From Podarcis filfolensis (taxonomy: Eukaryota), in NCBI GenBank assembly GCA_964270895.1, contig OZ185437.1: 64,000 bases of DNA; one strand, written 5' to 3'. Position 1 is the stretch's first letter; the number at the start of each line of letters is the position of its first letter. Shown here piece after piece: positions 24,927 through 37,699 of this stretch. The translations under genes were made by a program, and so were the position numbers. The notes below the pieces were generated by a model. That model saw nothing but the letters and a program-made list of their open reading frames with translations. It had not been told where the DNA came from and did no database searches.

Positions 24927-25268
24927 GGGACACGGGTGGCGCTGTGTGTTAAACCACAGAGCCTAGGACTTGCCGATCAGAAGGTTGGCGGTTCAAATCC
25001 CCGCGACAGGGTGAGCTCCCGTTGCTCGGTCCCTGCTCCTGCCAACCTAGCAGTTCGAAAGCACATCAAAGTGCAAGTAGATAAATAGGTACTGCTCTGG
25101 TGGGAAGGTAAACAGCATTTCCGTGCGCTGCTCTGGTTTGCCTGAAGCGGCTTAGTCATGCTGGCCACAGGACCCAGAAGCTGTACGCTGGCTCCCTCGG
25201 CCAATAAAGCGAGATGAGCGCTGCAACCCCAGAGTCGGTCACGACTGGACCTAATGGCCAGGGGTCCT
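24927..25268 (+). mobile_element. Sauria SINE
   Basis: Full head. TSD tactgtaaatattg at 24914-24927 and 25269-25282. Confidence 0.92.
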
Positions 25269-25384
25269 TACTGTAAATATTGTGTTTAAGATTATGATTA
25301 TTGCATGTGGAGATGTTTTGGTGGGTGTTTTCTATTGCCACGCCCCTACTTCTGTTTGCTCCCCACCTGAGCAGAAATTTGGCC

Positions 25385-25422
25385 ATCTTTACCTTACCAC
25401 CAAATCTTTACCTTACCACCAA
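25385..25422. repeat. Perfect 19-bp tandem duplication
   Basis: atctttaccttaccaccaa x2. Confidence 0.9.
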
Positions 25423-25964
25423 ATAAAAGAGCCGATTGATACGGCTAAATATGATGCTTTTGCAAGAGCTCGTAATTCATTTCTTTAAAAACCCAATAGA
25501 AACTGATATTGTTCCCTCCCACATCAAATGTACATACCTTCATTTTGCCCATTGTGAAGCATAGTAACTAAGATTGGGTTACATTTGCTTTGGTGATATT
25601 TTTCTTAAAAGATGCATGCACACACAGGTACAGAAATATCTCTACACGTTGCATGTTGGTGCAGACTGCAAATGATGGAAGAGCAACAAATATTCTGCCA
25701 GGGGACAGGCCAAGAATGTGTGAAGGCTAACTTGCCAATCATGTGCACAGAATAACTCCTTTGTGATATGAAGATCCTATATGGAAACTTCCTTACTGTT
25801 ATTTCATTCTTTCTGTTCCTTGTAAGAAAGGGAAGCCGGGGCATAGCTTAGCACTAGTCATATTCATAAATGCACAATCCAGTCAAAGTCAAGCACTTTT
25901 TAAGTCCTGCTGATTTCAGTGCAACTTAACTGTCCTGTTTAAATCACAACTTAAAAAGCAGGTA

Positions 25965-26206
25965 CAGTGGTACCTGGGGTTACAAATGCTTCAGGTTACT
26001 GACGCTTCAGGTTACAGACTCCGCTAACCCAGAAATAGTACCTCGGGTTAAGAACTTTGCTTCAGGATGAGAACAGAAATCGTGCTTTGGCGGCACAGCG
26101 GCAGCAGGAGGCCCCATTAGCTAAAGTGGTGCTTTAGGTTAAGAACAGTTTCAGGTTAAGAATGGTCCTCCGGAATGAATTAAGTTCTTAACCCGAGGTA
26201 CCACTG
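25965..26206. mobile_element. Tigger-like MITE (family A)
   Basis: TIR CAGTGGTACC with TA TSD. Confidence 0.88.
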
Positions 26207-29200
26207 TACTGTTGAGAGCAACTGGACATATTAATGAGTGTGTGATCACAGCCATTAGTAATGATGAATGAAAAATACTGATTCATTACATGCAATCCAC
26301 ATGCTGAAATAGGCTTCCATACCTAGGTCTTCTGGATCAGGTGTGCAAAAGTCTCTTGCATGAGGGTGGAGGGTGGAGGGTTACATCTTGTGCCTGTCTT
26401 CCTTCCATCATGGGGATTCTCACATGGCACTTGTTTGCAAACCAGGCAAGTCTGAGCTGTGGGCGTGGCAACATGTGCACAGTTTTTCACTTTGTTTGCT
26501 ACTACTCCCTTCTTTTATCGATTGGCACAGATAGGCTTTCTCACCATCTGATTAAACTGTTGCCAAACGACAGAAAGTTCAAGCTGAGGGACAGATTAGA
26601 TGCCCTGGCAGCAAACTTGCATGTTCAAACGTGGAACAATTCCAGTCATGTAGAAAGAAGCGCTGGAGAGTCAGTTTGAGCAGCAGAGGGATGTGCAAGC
26701 AGTGACAGGTTCTCTTAGACACATGTAGAAAACCACAGATGTAATAGCAATGTGATAAATTAAGGTGTATTGTTATTCAGCCCTGGATTCTGTCATAACA
26801 TCTTTTGCTGCAATCCTACGTATACTTTCGTGGGAGCAGGCCCCATAGAAAAGGCATCTGAGTGATTGTGCTTAGAACTGTCCTGTTAAACCAGTGAATG
26901 TGTGCTTTTATGTAATATTAGGACCACTTGAAGTTGAAAGTTAGTCCTGGGACACATAAGACTAACACCCTGCTGAAACTATGTATGTCTGGGTTTGAGC
27001 AGTCAGTGCTTGGATTGCATGTGAGCCAGATGTACTCTGCCTTTGGCTCCATGATGAAAGAATGGTGGGATTTAAATGCAGGAAAACAATTTGTTTTATT
27101 TACAATCATTGGTAGCTCGCCCTCCCTATATAGTTCAGGCAGGGTAGGTAACAGCTATAATACAAGAATGTGATACATTCTTTTTATTATACAAGAAACG
27201 TCTGCTTGGCAGTTTTCTGTGCTCCTGCTTGGTTGCTCTGACACCCTGCAATAGAGGTGCACAACATCTTTACAAAGGAATGGCAGGTTGGGATGGAGGA
27301 TGAATCTCTTTTTGTCTGCATTTTAACGAGAAACACCCTAATTTGCACTTCTGAACCAGAACACAAAGTGAAACACAACTACCGGTATCTTTTGAAATTT
27401 ACTCCTTTCTGAGTTTTGCAAAGCAGTTCTTCAGCTAGACAATATGCATAGTTAAGGCATTTATTCATGTGAAATTTGCACAAAACACACACACACACAC
27501 AGACACATCTTAGTGAAAACAACACAAAAAAAGCTTCCTTGGAATTCTTTTAAAAAATGCCAATTGCTGCAGAAATTGGAGAACTGAATGTAAGATTGGA
27601 AGAATGAGACTCTAAGAGAAACCGAAATTGACACATTCTTCCATCCCTAATGGCAGTGACCATTTCTTTTGCTGTGGCCTCATATCACTAGGAAAATGTC
27701 AGCCATGTCAAGGAGCAATACATTACTGTGAGTTTGAACTTGGCAATGCAGAGATCAGATGTGCTGCGTTAATGTGACTGGTCCCTTAAGTGCTGACATT
27801 TAGGTAAAACATACCACATTTCCTAAGACTTTAGTAATTTAGGCAAGCACCCTTGCCAGCCAGCCAATAACCTTTAAAATAGACAAAGCAGTAATTAAAG
27901 TAGAAAAATGCTATGTACTTGACCCCAGCCAAGCCTAAACAAGAAGCTCTCACAGTTATTCTTCAAAATGCTTGAGCGCAGACTTTGTTCCATGGGTGTG
28001 GGACGACAGCTTTGGATGTTACAAAAAAGCAGTGACAGAGCAAGTGTGAGTGATTTGCACTTCCTGTTTTCATGTTTCCAGTATAATGTGCTGTCTTTAG
28101 GTTATGTACTGTTAAGGGCTCCGCCGATCAAAGGGCACACGAAAAAGGAGAGGAACCAAAAATGGGAACAAAGCAACAGGATGCAATTAAGAAACCTATA
28201 TGTTTATTTTTATATTTTTAACACAGCCTTCCTCCAATGAGTTTAAAGCACACAAGGTTCTCCCCTGACTCTGCTATCTCCACAGCTGTTTTGTGAGGTA
28301 AATTATAGATTAAGGGATGGGGACTGGAATGAGGACAACTCTATGGCTGAATTGAGGACCTGAACCATGTTCTATCATGTCTTAACTGGACACTGTAACT
28401 AATCACAGTAGTTCTTCTAGTATAAAAATAAAATGAGTAAGAAACCTCACCCCCACTTTATTCCTTCCTTATCTTAATGCTTATTCTCCTTGTACCCTCC
28501 TTTTCACCCAGTCTCCTACATTGCTTTTTCCCTCTATGGAGTACCTACCTCTGCCCAACGGAAGCAAAAGAAACCTCATTTGCTATAATTTCAGCCATCC
28601 ATCATGGAGTCTGCACTGAAGACAAGATTAAGAGGAACTGGGAGGTTGATTACTTTGAGCTTTGTGTTTCTGTGCAACATATTTATTTTTTCATGCTGTC
28701 ATTTCTAAATTCTGGTTTGCTTTTTAAAAAAAGAGTGTTGTGATTGTGACTGCTGTGATTCTTGAGCGCTGTCTTTTACTGCTGCAAGCTGTTTTACAGC
28801 ATTTTATGGCCTATTGTAAATGTAAATTACGTTGGAAACTTTGAGTTGAAGGGCATTATTTAAGTGTTTCCGTTAAATTATATTATAAACCACCCTGTGA
28901 TCCTCAGATAAAGGGTGGTATAGAAATCCAATAAAAAAAAATAAAACCACAATGTACTATGGGCTCAGAGCAATTCTGAAATTACTGGTCCCCAAACAGT
29001 GGCTTGGTATCAGTAGTACATCATATATCAGAAGAAAAGTCATGTTAGATAGACATAGCAACAACAATGAGTGATGCGGCAATTCATATTTTGGGACATT
29101 AGCTTTCATAGGCTGCAGCCCTCTTCATCAATTGCATGACCCTGAGACCTCAGACTGCTTATAGTCTTCCAGATTGGGGACAACAAATGAGTTGATCCTG

Positions 29201-29392
29201 AATGGAGACAAAATATCAGCAGAAATTTTACCAAACAACAGCAGAATCTTATGCATATCCAGTGGGACTTGCTTCCAGGTAAGGGAGTTTAGGATTGCAG
29301 ACTAAGCAGAGTAATCTCAAGATATTTTGGTATCCAGTGCAGACAATAGAAATGGAGCCCCTATAATAAATTGTATACATCTAGTTGTCAAT

Positions 29393-29567
29393 CATGGGTG
29401 TAGCCAGGATTATTATTTTTTGGTGGGGGGAGGACTTTTTTGGGGAACAGACTTTTGTTAGGGGAGGCAGAACTGATGTAATTGGTCGGTTAGTTAAGTA
29501 TTTCTATTGTTTTACTGGACTGCGGGGGGGGGGAGCTGCCCCCATGCCCCCCTTGGCTACGCCCATG
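29393..29567. mobile_element. hAT-like MITE
   Basis: TIR CATGGGTGTAGCCA / TGGCTACGCCCATG; perfect TSD ttgtcaat. A related copy lies at ~36758-36894. Confidence 0.85.
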
Positions 29568-30134
29568 TTGTCAATAGCATAATTTGATATGCTTCCTATT
29601 TGCATCCTTTTAAAAAAGGATAACATTAAAATGAATAGACAGGAATAATGCAGAAGAGTCAAATGTCTGTAGGGCTGCGAGATACAACCGAATAAGTTTG
29701 TATTAATAACTAAAGCATGTTATTTGGCATCCTTCAGCTGTGCTCAAAAGCTCTTGCAAGACACTTCCATACTCTATTGTACAAAAATTTAAAAATTACA
29801 TTGACCTAAGACTTACAGTCTAAAAGACACAATACAAGAGGGAAAAGGTATGAGGAGGGAAGAGGAAAACAAGCAAACACAGGTACCAGAACTTAGAGAA
29901 CACGGTTCCAGGAAAAGAGGAGCCAAAAGGTAGCTGGTCTGACTCATATTTCTCCTGTAGCAGCAAAGTACTGTAGAGGCGTTACTCAAAGGCAGTTTGT
30001 AGCACCAGAAAAAGCAATGTAGGGAGACAAGGGCAATATATCTTACATGTTAGATTTCTGAATGAGAACATACATTGATATTCCCATCCTAAAAATATTT
30101 CCTTAGAAGTACTGTACATCCTATTGGTTGTGAC

Positions 30135-30293
30135 CAGTGCTATTATTTCTAGAAAACGTGATGCTAGAATTCACCATGAACAGCTCCCTCATTCTCTTAG
30201 AATGGCAATGGCGCCTACCTAAGAGGTGCCGAAACCCACCTGAGTGGTGCTGGAACTGAGTCCTGGCAAGTCCCGGCTGAAAAAAGTGTCTTG
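30135..30293. mobile_element. hAT-like MITE (family also at 9754-9855, ~18640-18770 and 49764-49903)
   Basis: Shared core gaactcaccatgaac...cccacctgagaggtgc; TSD gttgtgac / attgtgac. Confidence 0.75.
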
Positions 30294-30499
30294 ATTGTGA
30301 CAGAGTTGATTTTTAGGTGTGCTTATGATTGCAGCCTTATTTCAATCTCCCATTATTAATTCAATGATCATGTGTAGGTGAAAACCTTATTTTCTTCATG
30401 TCACTGTGGGGGTCCAGCAATGGGCGGCTGGGGGGGGGTGGGGGTTTAAGAAGCAACTGGACTTGATGGGACATTTGCATCCCTGGCTCTCTCTTTGGC

Positions 30500-30730
30500 A
30501 ACACCTGTGCACATGGCTGCTTCTCACAGTGCATAGTTAAACTAGGGAGTTTACTGCCGCAAGAAGTCAAGATGGCCACTAACTTGAATGACTCTAAAAG
30601 ACAAATTAATGGAGGATAAGGCTATCCGTGGCAACTACTCAATATGACTATGCTGTACCTACACTTTCGGAGGTAGTATGCTTTTGAATACCAGTGTCTC
30701 TGGGAATCGCAGGTGTGGAGAGTGCTGTTG
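30500..30730 (+). mobile_element. CR1-type LINE 3' fragment
   Basis: ttctcacagtgcatagttaaact...gatggccactaacttg...ggaggataaggctatc motif series. Confidence 0.65.
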
Positions 30731-30769
30731 TGCTCAGGTCCTGGTTTTGGGCTGACCATGGTGAGAATA

Positions 30770-31500
30770 AATAATAATAATAATTGATTATACCCTGCCC
30801 ATCTGGCTGGGTTTCCCCAGCCACTCTGGGCAGCTCCCAACAGAATATTAAAAACACGATAAAACATCAAACATTTAAAAATTCCCTAAACAGGGCAGCT
30901 TTCAGATGTCTTCTAAAAGTCAGATACAGTGGTACCTTAGGTTACATATGCTTCAGGTTACATGCGCTTCAGGTTACAGACTCCGCTAACCCAGAAATAG
31001 TGCTTCAGGTTAAGAACTTTGCTTCAGGATGAGAACAGAAATCGTGCTCTGGCAGCGCAGCGGCAGCAGGAGGCCCCATTAGCTAAAGTGGTGCTTCAGG
31101 TTAAGAACAGTTTCAGGTTAAGAACGGACCTTCGGAACAAATTAAGTACTTAACCCGAGGTACCACTGTAGTTGTTTATTTCCTTGACATCTGATGGGAG
31201 GGTGTTCCACAGGGAGGGTGCCACTACCAACAAGACCCTCTGCCTGGTTCCCTGTAACCTCACTTCTTGCAGTGAGGGAACCGCCAGAAGGCCCTCGGAG
31301 CTGGTCTTCAGTGTTGGGGCTGAACGATGGGGGTGGAGACGCTCCTTCAGGTATACTGGGCCAAGGCCATTTCCGGCTTTAAAGGTCAGCATCAACACTT
31401 TGAATTGTGCTTGGAAACCTACTGGGAGCCAATGTAGGTCTTTCAGGACTGGTTTTATATGGTCTTGGCGGCCACTCCCAGTCAGGATGCTGGAATAGAT
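30770..31500 (-). mobile_element. L2 LINE 3' fragment
   Basis: Minus-frame peptide DHIKPVLKDLHWLPVGFQAQFKVLMLTFKA...VVAPSLWNTLP and an (ATT)n tail. The 60105-60265 (+) tail is the same family. Confidence 0.9.
30927..31168. mobile_element. Tigger-like MITE (family A), inserted in an L2 3' fragment
   Basis: TIR and TA TSD; L2 sequence continues on both sides. Confidence 0.88.
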
Positions 31501-32046
31501 GGGCCCTTGGTCAGATGCAGCAGGACTCTTCTTATGTTTGGTCTGGTCCTGTGTATAAAAATATACTTCAGGCCTCAAGGCTTGGGTTAATCTTGCCAGA
31601 GCACATTCCCAAAGGACCGTTTTCCCTTTTCAGTGAGCAAAGTCAAGGCCGCACCTCCCTGCACGAAATTAAGACTGAAAAAGGAAACGGGCTCCAGGGC
31701 GGGTTTGGTGGGGGAAGCAAGTGCTGTTCCTGCATGCGTGCACGCTCCTACGTGGGCACATTGCATTATTATTGCCTGGCGGGTGTCTTTGAATGGAGAC
31801 CCCGGCTGCAAAGCTGCAGCAGCCCCAGCTTGGGATCTCGTTCTGTCAAAAGGAGCTGAAAAGGTTTTTAAATAGCTGCAGCAAGTTATACATAGTAAGA
31901 GCGAGCGAGGGGTGGAAAAACGGATGCTGTATCTTTAACCCACAACGGCTGGAGCAGATTTTGTTCTGAGCTAGTTAACAATGGAAACTTTTTTTTTTTA
32001 AGTGTTTCCCTCCATCGGTCCTGCCAAGCACCAGAGAGAGAGAAAA

Positions 32047-32188
32047 NNNNNNNNNNNNNNNNNNNNNNNNNNNNNNNNNNNNNNNNNNNNNNNNNNNNNN
32101 NNNNNNNNNNNNNNNNNNNNNNNNNNNNNNNNNNNNNNNNNNNNNNNNNNNNNNNNNNNNNNNNNNNNNNNNNNNNNNNNNNNNNNNN
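32047..32188. other. Assembly gap (142 N)
   Basis: Run of N following a GA-repeat (agagagagagaaaa). Confidence 1.
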
Positions 32189-32229
32189 TGAAGAAGCAGC
32201 CAATGACAAGGGCGGTGTTGCAAAAGTCG

Positions 32230-32466
32230 AGCGCTGAGCACGGCGGCAGATCGGCCAACAAAACAAAAGTTCTCGATTCCGCCGACCAAACCATTCACTC
32301 GCTCTTTTGCAGCTCGGCTGCGGGGAGAGAGAGGAGGGGCAGTGAACGGACGCCGAAAAAAGCTGCGATCTGACTGTTGGAAATAATTTCTGGGGTGTTT
32401 GGAAGTCTGCGCGCCTTGATGCTAGGAGATGTGAACTAAAGGTGCAACAGCCTCTCTGCGGAACAG
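32230..32466 (+). other. ITPKB: Probable non-coding first exon of ITPKB (5' boundary approximate)
   Basis: Lies in a CpG island just downstream of CCAAT (~32201) and GGGCGG (~32211). Ends at CAG|GTAAGG (donor at 32467). Human ITPKB is recalled to have a non-coding exon 1. Confidence 0.55.
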
Positions 32467-34029
32467 GTAAGGCCAACCTCTCCTATTTCGCTCTCTGCAT
32501 ACCGCCACCCCCCAGCTCGGCCGAGGGGATCGCTCCTTTCGCAGACCCTGTAGGAGCAGAAGAGATTTTTAGGCTGGGTGCGCGGGCGGGCAACGGCGCA
32601 CACATTTCACAATGGCTATTTCTCAAGAGGTTGCCGAACTGCGCTCTGCTCAACTGGCAATGGGGCTCCGAGTCCTTGCAGGTTCCTTTGGCAGAGGGAG
32701 CCTCCGACAAGCTGCCTTTTGGGGCAAGATCCGCTTGGAGTACAAAACCCCAAAAAGTTATGCGGAGACTTCCAGAGAAGCGAATTGTATCCGTTACGAT
32801 GAGAGGCGGTTCAGCCAACGGAGTTAAATCTGCGATGGGGGTGGAGGGCGTTGCGATGCTGATCTGCAGTTACTCACCTTTGTTTGTTTGTTTGGGTAGA
32901 CATCGCCAACATTTGTTTGCCCTGTGTAGCGTGACGGTAAGGCATCCATCACGGGGTTTAGACTGCGCATAAACACACATGGCCACGTCCAGCATGTTTA
33001 ATGCACATCGCCTCCTTTCCTCTCCTTCGGCATTTGGACGCACTCAGAGTTTCCATAAAGGGAGCTGTAATTTTAATGAGCCGTTCAGGTAGCACAGAGA
33101 GTTAGTACGCCACGGTTGACTCCTGCCTCCCCCCATAGATGCAACACTGGAGTAAAGTGTGCCTTGTACTTAACCGAGTCACCAGAGGTATTTGCAGTAC
33201 TGCTTGTACAAAAACAGTGTATGCAAGAATTCTGCAAAGTAAGGTATATGTAAACACACAGATGCACAGGGAGTCCCCACAGGGGTGCATTCAGGTCCAC
33301 AGCTGTGGGTTTTGTTTTGCTATACAAGCGTCGTTTTACATGGAGCTGCTCGGAAATGTGGAATTGCAAGAAAAGTGCTTAAAAGCAGAATTGCAAATAT
33401 GCATACATTATGTATAAAAGCAGAGCCACAAGGCATGCCATTTGTGGTGTTCTGAGAAGCCATAGGCGACAAGGGGAGGGGGAGAGGTAGCATATGTGCA
33501 TAGCAATGTCAAGGAAAAAAAAACAGGGAACATAAGCATAGCCTTGGTCCAGAGGGTTACACAATCCTAAGAACAAACTCATGCTAATATGTGTAGCTAT
33601 GCACAGTGGGTTTAGTAAAGCAATTAATTGCGCTCACAAAAGCCGTGCTGCTAATACTAAACGTGGCGCTCGGCTTTAGGAGTCCATATCTAGTTTAGTT
33701 GTGATATTTGGGGGACTTGAACAAGCCACTTTTAACCTTAGAAATCTTGTAGCAACAACATGGGCTTTGCCTTCCTTGCGAGGGTGGAGTTAGAATGCAA
33801 GGAATCACAAGTGGGGAGAGTGCTCTGGCAGAAAGGTCCAGCTTGTGAGATTTCCTTTGGCATCTGGCTGGCCATGATGAGAACAGAATGCTGGACTAAG
33901 TGGGCGTTTGACTGATCCATCAGGGCCCTTCTTATGTCATTATGATTTGCAGTTACGGAATGTTAAAAAATAGTGTGAATATTTAAAATTCAGCAGCCAG
34001 GTTGCTCACTGGGACAAGATGGTTTAAGC

Positions 34030-34606
34030 TAGCGGTTTTCAACCAGGGTGCTGTGGAATCTGGCAGTGCCTTGAATGATGTTCAGGGATGCCGTGGGCAA
34101 CACTGGCCTCTGTCCCTCTTTCCTTCCTTCCCTCCTTGCATCTCTGCCTCCCAAAGACTTGTGCGGCTGTTGGTTGCAGCAGCCCTGGCTACAAGCTCCA
34201 CAGGCAAATTGGTGCCTCTGGGGCTCCTCAGGGAGTGCTGGTTGCCGGGAGCTGAGACGGCCTCAGAGTAAGCAAGCAAGCAGCCCAGCCAGCCAGTCCC
34301 CCAGCCCTTGCTGTTGGGAATGGACAGACAAGTCCTAGGCCCCTGTGTGGCAGTGTGAGGAGGCATCTCTCTTTGGGGTGGCGCAGCTCAGAGACCAGGG
34401 GCAGCAGCAGCGACTGCCCAGAGGACTCCCAAGGAAAGGAGGCTAAGTGAACACTCCACAAGGGAGGGTATTCGATAAAGGGTGAGAGGCCGCCAGCTCT
34501 GCAAACAAGGGGTGACATAATCTGGCTCCTGAGCCCCACAAGGGTGCCGCAGAAAGAACGTAGTTGGTCAAGGGAGCCGTGGACTCAGAAAAGTTGAAAA
34601 TCTCTG
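34030..34606. mobile_element. hAT-Charlie-like MITE
   Basis: Termini TAGCGGTTTTCAAC / GTTGAAAATCTCTG; perfect TSD gtttaagc at 34022-34029 and 34607-34614. Confidence 0.82.
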
Positions 34607-34629
34607 GTTTAAGCATGTAACACCAAAAG

Positions 34630-35110
34630 TGGTCCAGTTGCACTGGCTGACTATTAGTTTCCAGGCCCAATTCAAAGGGCTGGCTTTGACCTACAAATCC
34701 TTAAATGGCTCAGGACTTCGATATGTTTAGAGCCACCTCTTCACATATGAACTGATCCGGACCCTGCTATCATCATATGAGGCCCTTCTTTGTGTGCTTC
34801 CTCTGTGACAGGTCTGGAGGGTGGCCGCACAAAAATAGACCTTCTTTGTGGTGGCTTACCACTTGTGGTATGCTCTCCTCAATAGGCCTTCCTGGTGCCT
34901 GCGTTACATATATTTAAGTGCCAAGCAAAAACATTCCTCTTCTCCTAGGCCTTTGGTTAATTGAACAATCTATGGCCTTCTAAACTGGGGAGGGAGGTAT
35001 TGTTTTTGTTTGTTATTATGGTGTGTATTTCTGTGCTTTATATTTTTATCCGCCCTGTGATCCTTGAATGAAGGGCAGTGTAGAAATGCAATTAATTAAT
35101 TAATTAATTA
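34630..35110 (+). mobile_element. L2 LINE 3' fragment
   Basis: cagttgcactggctg...gcccaattcaaagggctggctttgacctacaaatccttaaatgg (LHWL..QFKxLxLTYKxLNG) plus tail. Confidence 0.8.
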
Positions 35111-37699
35111 ACAACAATCATAATATTGTTGCAATTTCCAGAGTTTTGTGGCACTTGAAATGAACAAATTTATTTTGGGTTTTGGGGAAGAGTCCACTTA
35201 ATCAGTTACGTAAAGTGTCGCTCTTGGGACTAAACTAGACAAGGCAAAGGAGATCTATGAATAGGAACGCCTACATTTTTTAAAAATGCTATTAATAGCT
35301 GTGGGGTGGGGTAAAGGAATTCCGATCTGGACCTCAGTGATGAGGGAGAGGATGTGAGCCCTTTCGCCTGTGCAATTTTCCTGATTAAAATTGCTTCTCC
35401 AGCTGTTATTAGCACCATGTGGCAAAGCATACAGGTATTGGTGAGGAACTGGGAAAACAATGCAAAGAGATAGGATTAAATATTCTTCTATCACCATAAT
35501 TCAGCTTATATTTGCACAGCTTGTGGGCAAATATGCACTTGCCCAGCTTATAAGTGCATCAAGGAGTAACTGTTCTGTTTTAGATTATCTTGAACAGGCA
35601 TCACAAAAATAGGTGTACACAGCAACACTGCCCTAGAATATTTTAATTGCATGTGCTTATTGAAATATATAGGCATCAATAATAATAGTCACATCTTTTC
35701 CTCTAATGTAGGGATAGAAGCATTTGGCCAAGTGGCACTGGTATGGGATTCTGGTAACTGCATTTGCAGCCAAACCCTATGCATATTTACTAAGGAGTGA
35801 TTCCCATGAAATTCAGTGGGGTTTATTCTCAGAAAAGTGTGTAAGACTAGATTCCCTCCATGAAGTAACTTCACTCAGGTTTCAGCATGCTGTCCAGCAT
35901 CTCACAAATTCAGAATAGTAAACTACTGAGCAAAGCTATGTAGCAACTACAAATGTGCTTAGGTACAGTGGTGCATAGTAGCATGGTTTGGTAACTGCTC
36001 ATCTAAAATTTGTGTCTTATGAGACCTTGTAAGTAGACAGATGCAAAACCCAAATGCTTATTCATGCAGCCAGGCACATAAAATTGCCTCTTAGAAGTTT
36101 TATTTACAGTTAAGCAGCGTACAAATTTTGTTAAATAAATAAATGGGCAGCTGAATTCACAGAGGTAGTCACAATGTAAAAGAAATTAAATGCACACAAT
36201 AAAGGTCTGCATCACACAACTTAGCGCTGCTGAATCGGGACTAGAGCAAACCACACAGATGCGTATAAGACTTAAAAGCTGTAAGTGTTTCTATGCCCAA
36301 AGATTTGGTGGCATTACAAGTTACAAACACAACAGTACACCCATACATAATAATATATGCACCTGTACCAATTCTGGTATAGGAGGAAGTAACTACGTAT
36401 TGTGTGACCCTATGCATATTTAGTCATAAATAAATCCCAGTAAATTCAGTTGGTGCTTATTCTCACAAAAGTTCCTAAGACTGCATCCTTGGGTAGCTCG
36501 TTTATACATGAAGTAACTCTGCCAAGGTTTCAGCAAATTGCCCACGAATTCAAAGCATATGCCAAGGTATATAGCAACTGACGGTATGCACAGGTACAGT
36601 GTAAGGTAGTATGGTATAAAATAAAGGAATGGTGTGAAGTAGGATAGCTCGCAGTCAGTAGAGACGTGTCAGTAGCTCTCCTTCCCTCAGTCTTGTCATG
36701 CCTTTTGTCTTTACAGCTCAATTTTCCAATTCAAGTAGGCCCTCAAATGATTAGCCCCATGGCCATGGGCAGCTGCCCCCCCATCAAGTAAATAATAAAA
36801 AATGCTTAACTGACCAATCGTGTTACAGGTAGCTTGGTTCTGTCCCCCTCCCATAAATCCTGCCCTCCTAACATAAATCCTGACTACGCCCATGATTAAG
36901 CCCATTAGATATGTGAATCTCTTGGCATCCCCACCAGTCTCTCAGGCCTACATCTAAGGCTGCCCACTGCACATTATCCCACAACTCTTGCCTCCATTTG
37001 TTTTAAATAAATGGGGAGGAGAGAACTCAATTTTTAGTCACACCACCTCACTTCCTCCACCCTTTTGGATACATCTTCACCTATAATTTCCTTCAAAACA
37101 ATGGCCAGAGCTATTACCATCCCTCCGCCCTACCAGCAAGTCTAAGACTTTTATTTGCCCAAACGTTAATGTCAGAGTTAAGATCTGGGGGCTAATAAGA
37201 TTTGCCCATGGCTCCCCACTGTGCCCCAATCTTTTTGATCTCTTCCAGTAGCATCCTCCCTGGACTGCCCTGCTCTGTGGAAGGGTGGGGCTATTGGGTT
37301 GTTGTTTTTATTTTTATTATGTATATTGTGATTTTATATCTTGATTTTATTCTGTGAACTGCCCTGAGACCCCTGGGTATAGAGCGGTATATAAATTCAA
37401 TAAATAATAATAATATGCCTGGTCCAGAGGCACTCATGTGTCCTCAGATCTCACTTCTCTCAGTATGCCTGTGACTGTGCTTACTTTAGGGAAAGTTACT
37501 CATCCAGCCGATATAAGTGCTTTCTTTTATTTTCTCTTTTCTTTTCCATTATTTATATATCCCCGAGGCTGTGCCATGGCGTTGAAATCAGAGGGGCTAT
37601 GATTTTGGACTAGTATGGTCTCCATAGGTTCAGTTTAATATTGGGTTTAATGGATGAAATGCTGGATTTGACCAACGTACGGTATCTCATGGGTTTCCC

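Larger units (their letters stand above)
31620..33120 (+). promoter_or_regulatory. CpG island / distal ITPKB promoter
   Basis: Locally high CpG density, CCAAT and GC boxes, several splice donors; interrupted by an N gap. Confidence 0.7.

Noticed and set aside
6896-27173. Other splice-signal-bounded open frames (+6896-6947, +15684-15736, +19066-19188, +26921-27020, -19950 region, -22600-23050)
   Set aside because: Each is plausible alone, but none can be chained in phase or matched to a known protein; this density is compatible with chance.
31900-31995. NFAT-like TGGAAA sites in the ITPKB promoter
   Set aside because: The hexamer is too common to support a claim without conservation or ChIP data.
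31886-32476. ORFs spanning the N gap
   Set aside because: Artificially open because N codons cannot be stops.
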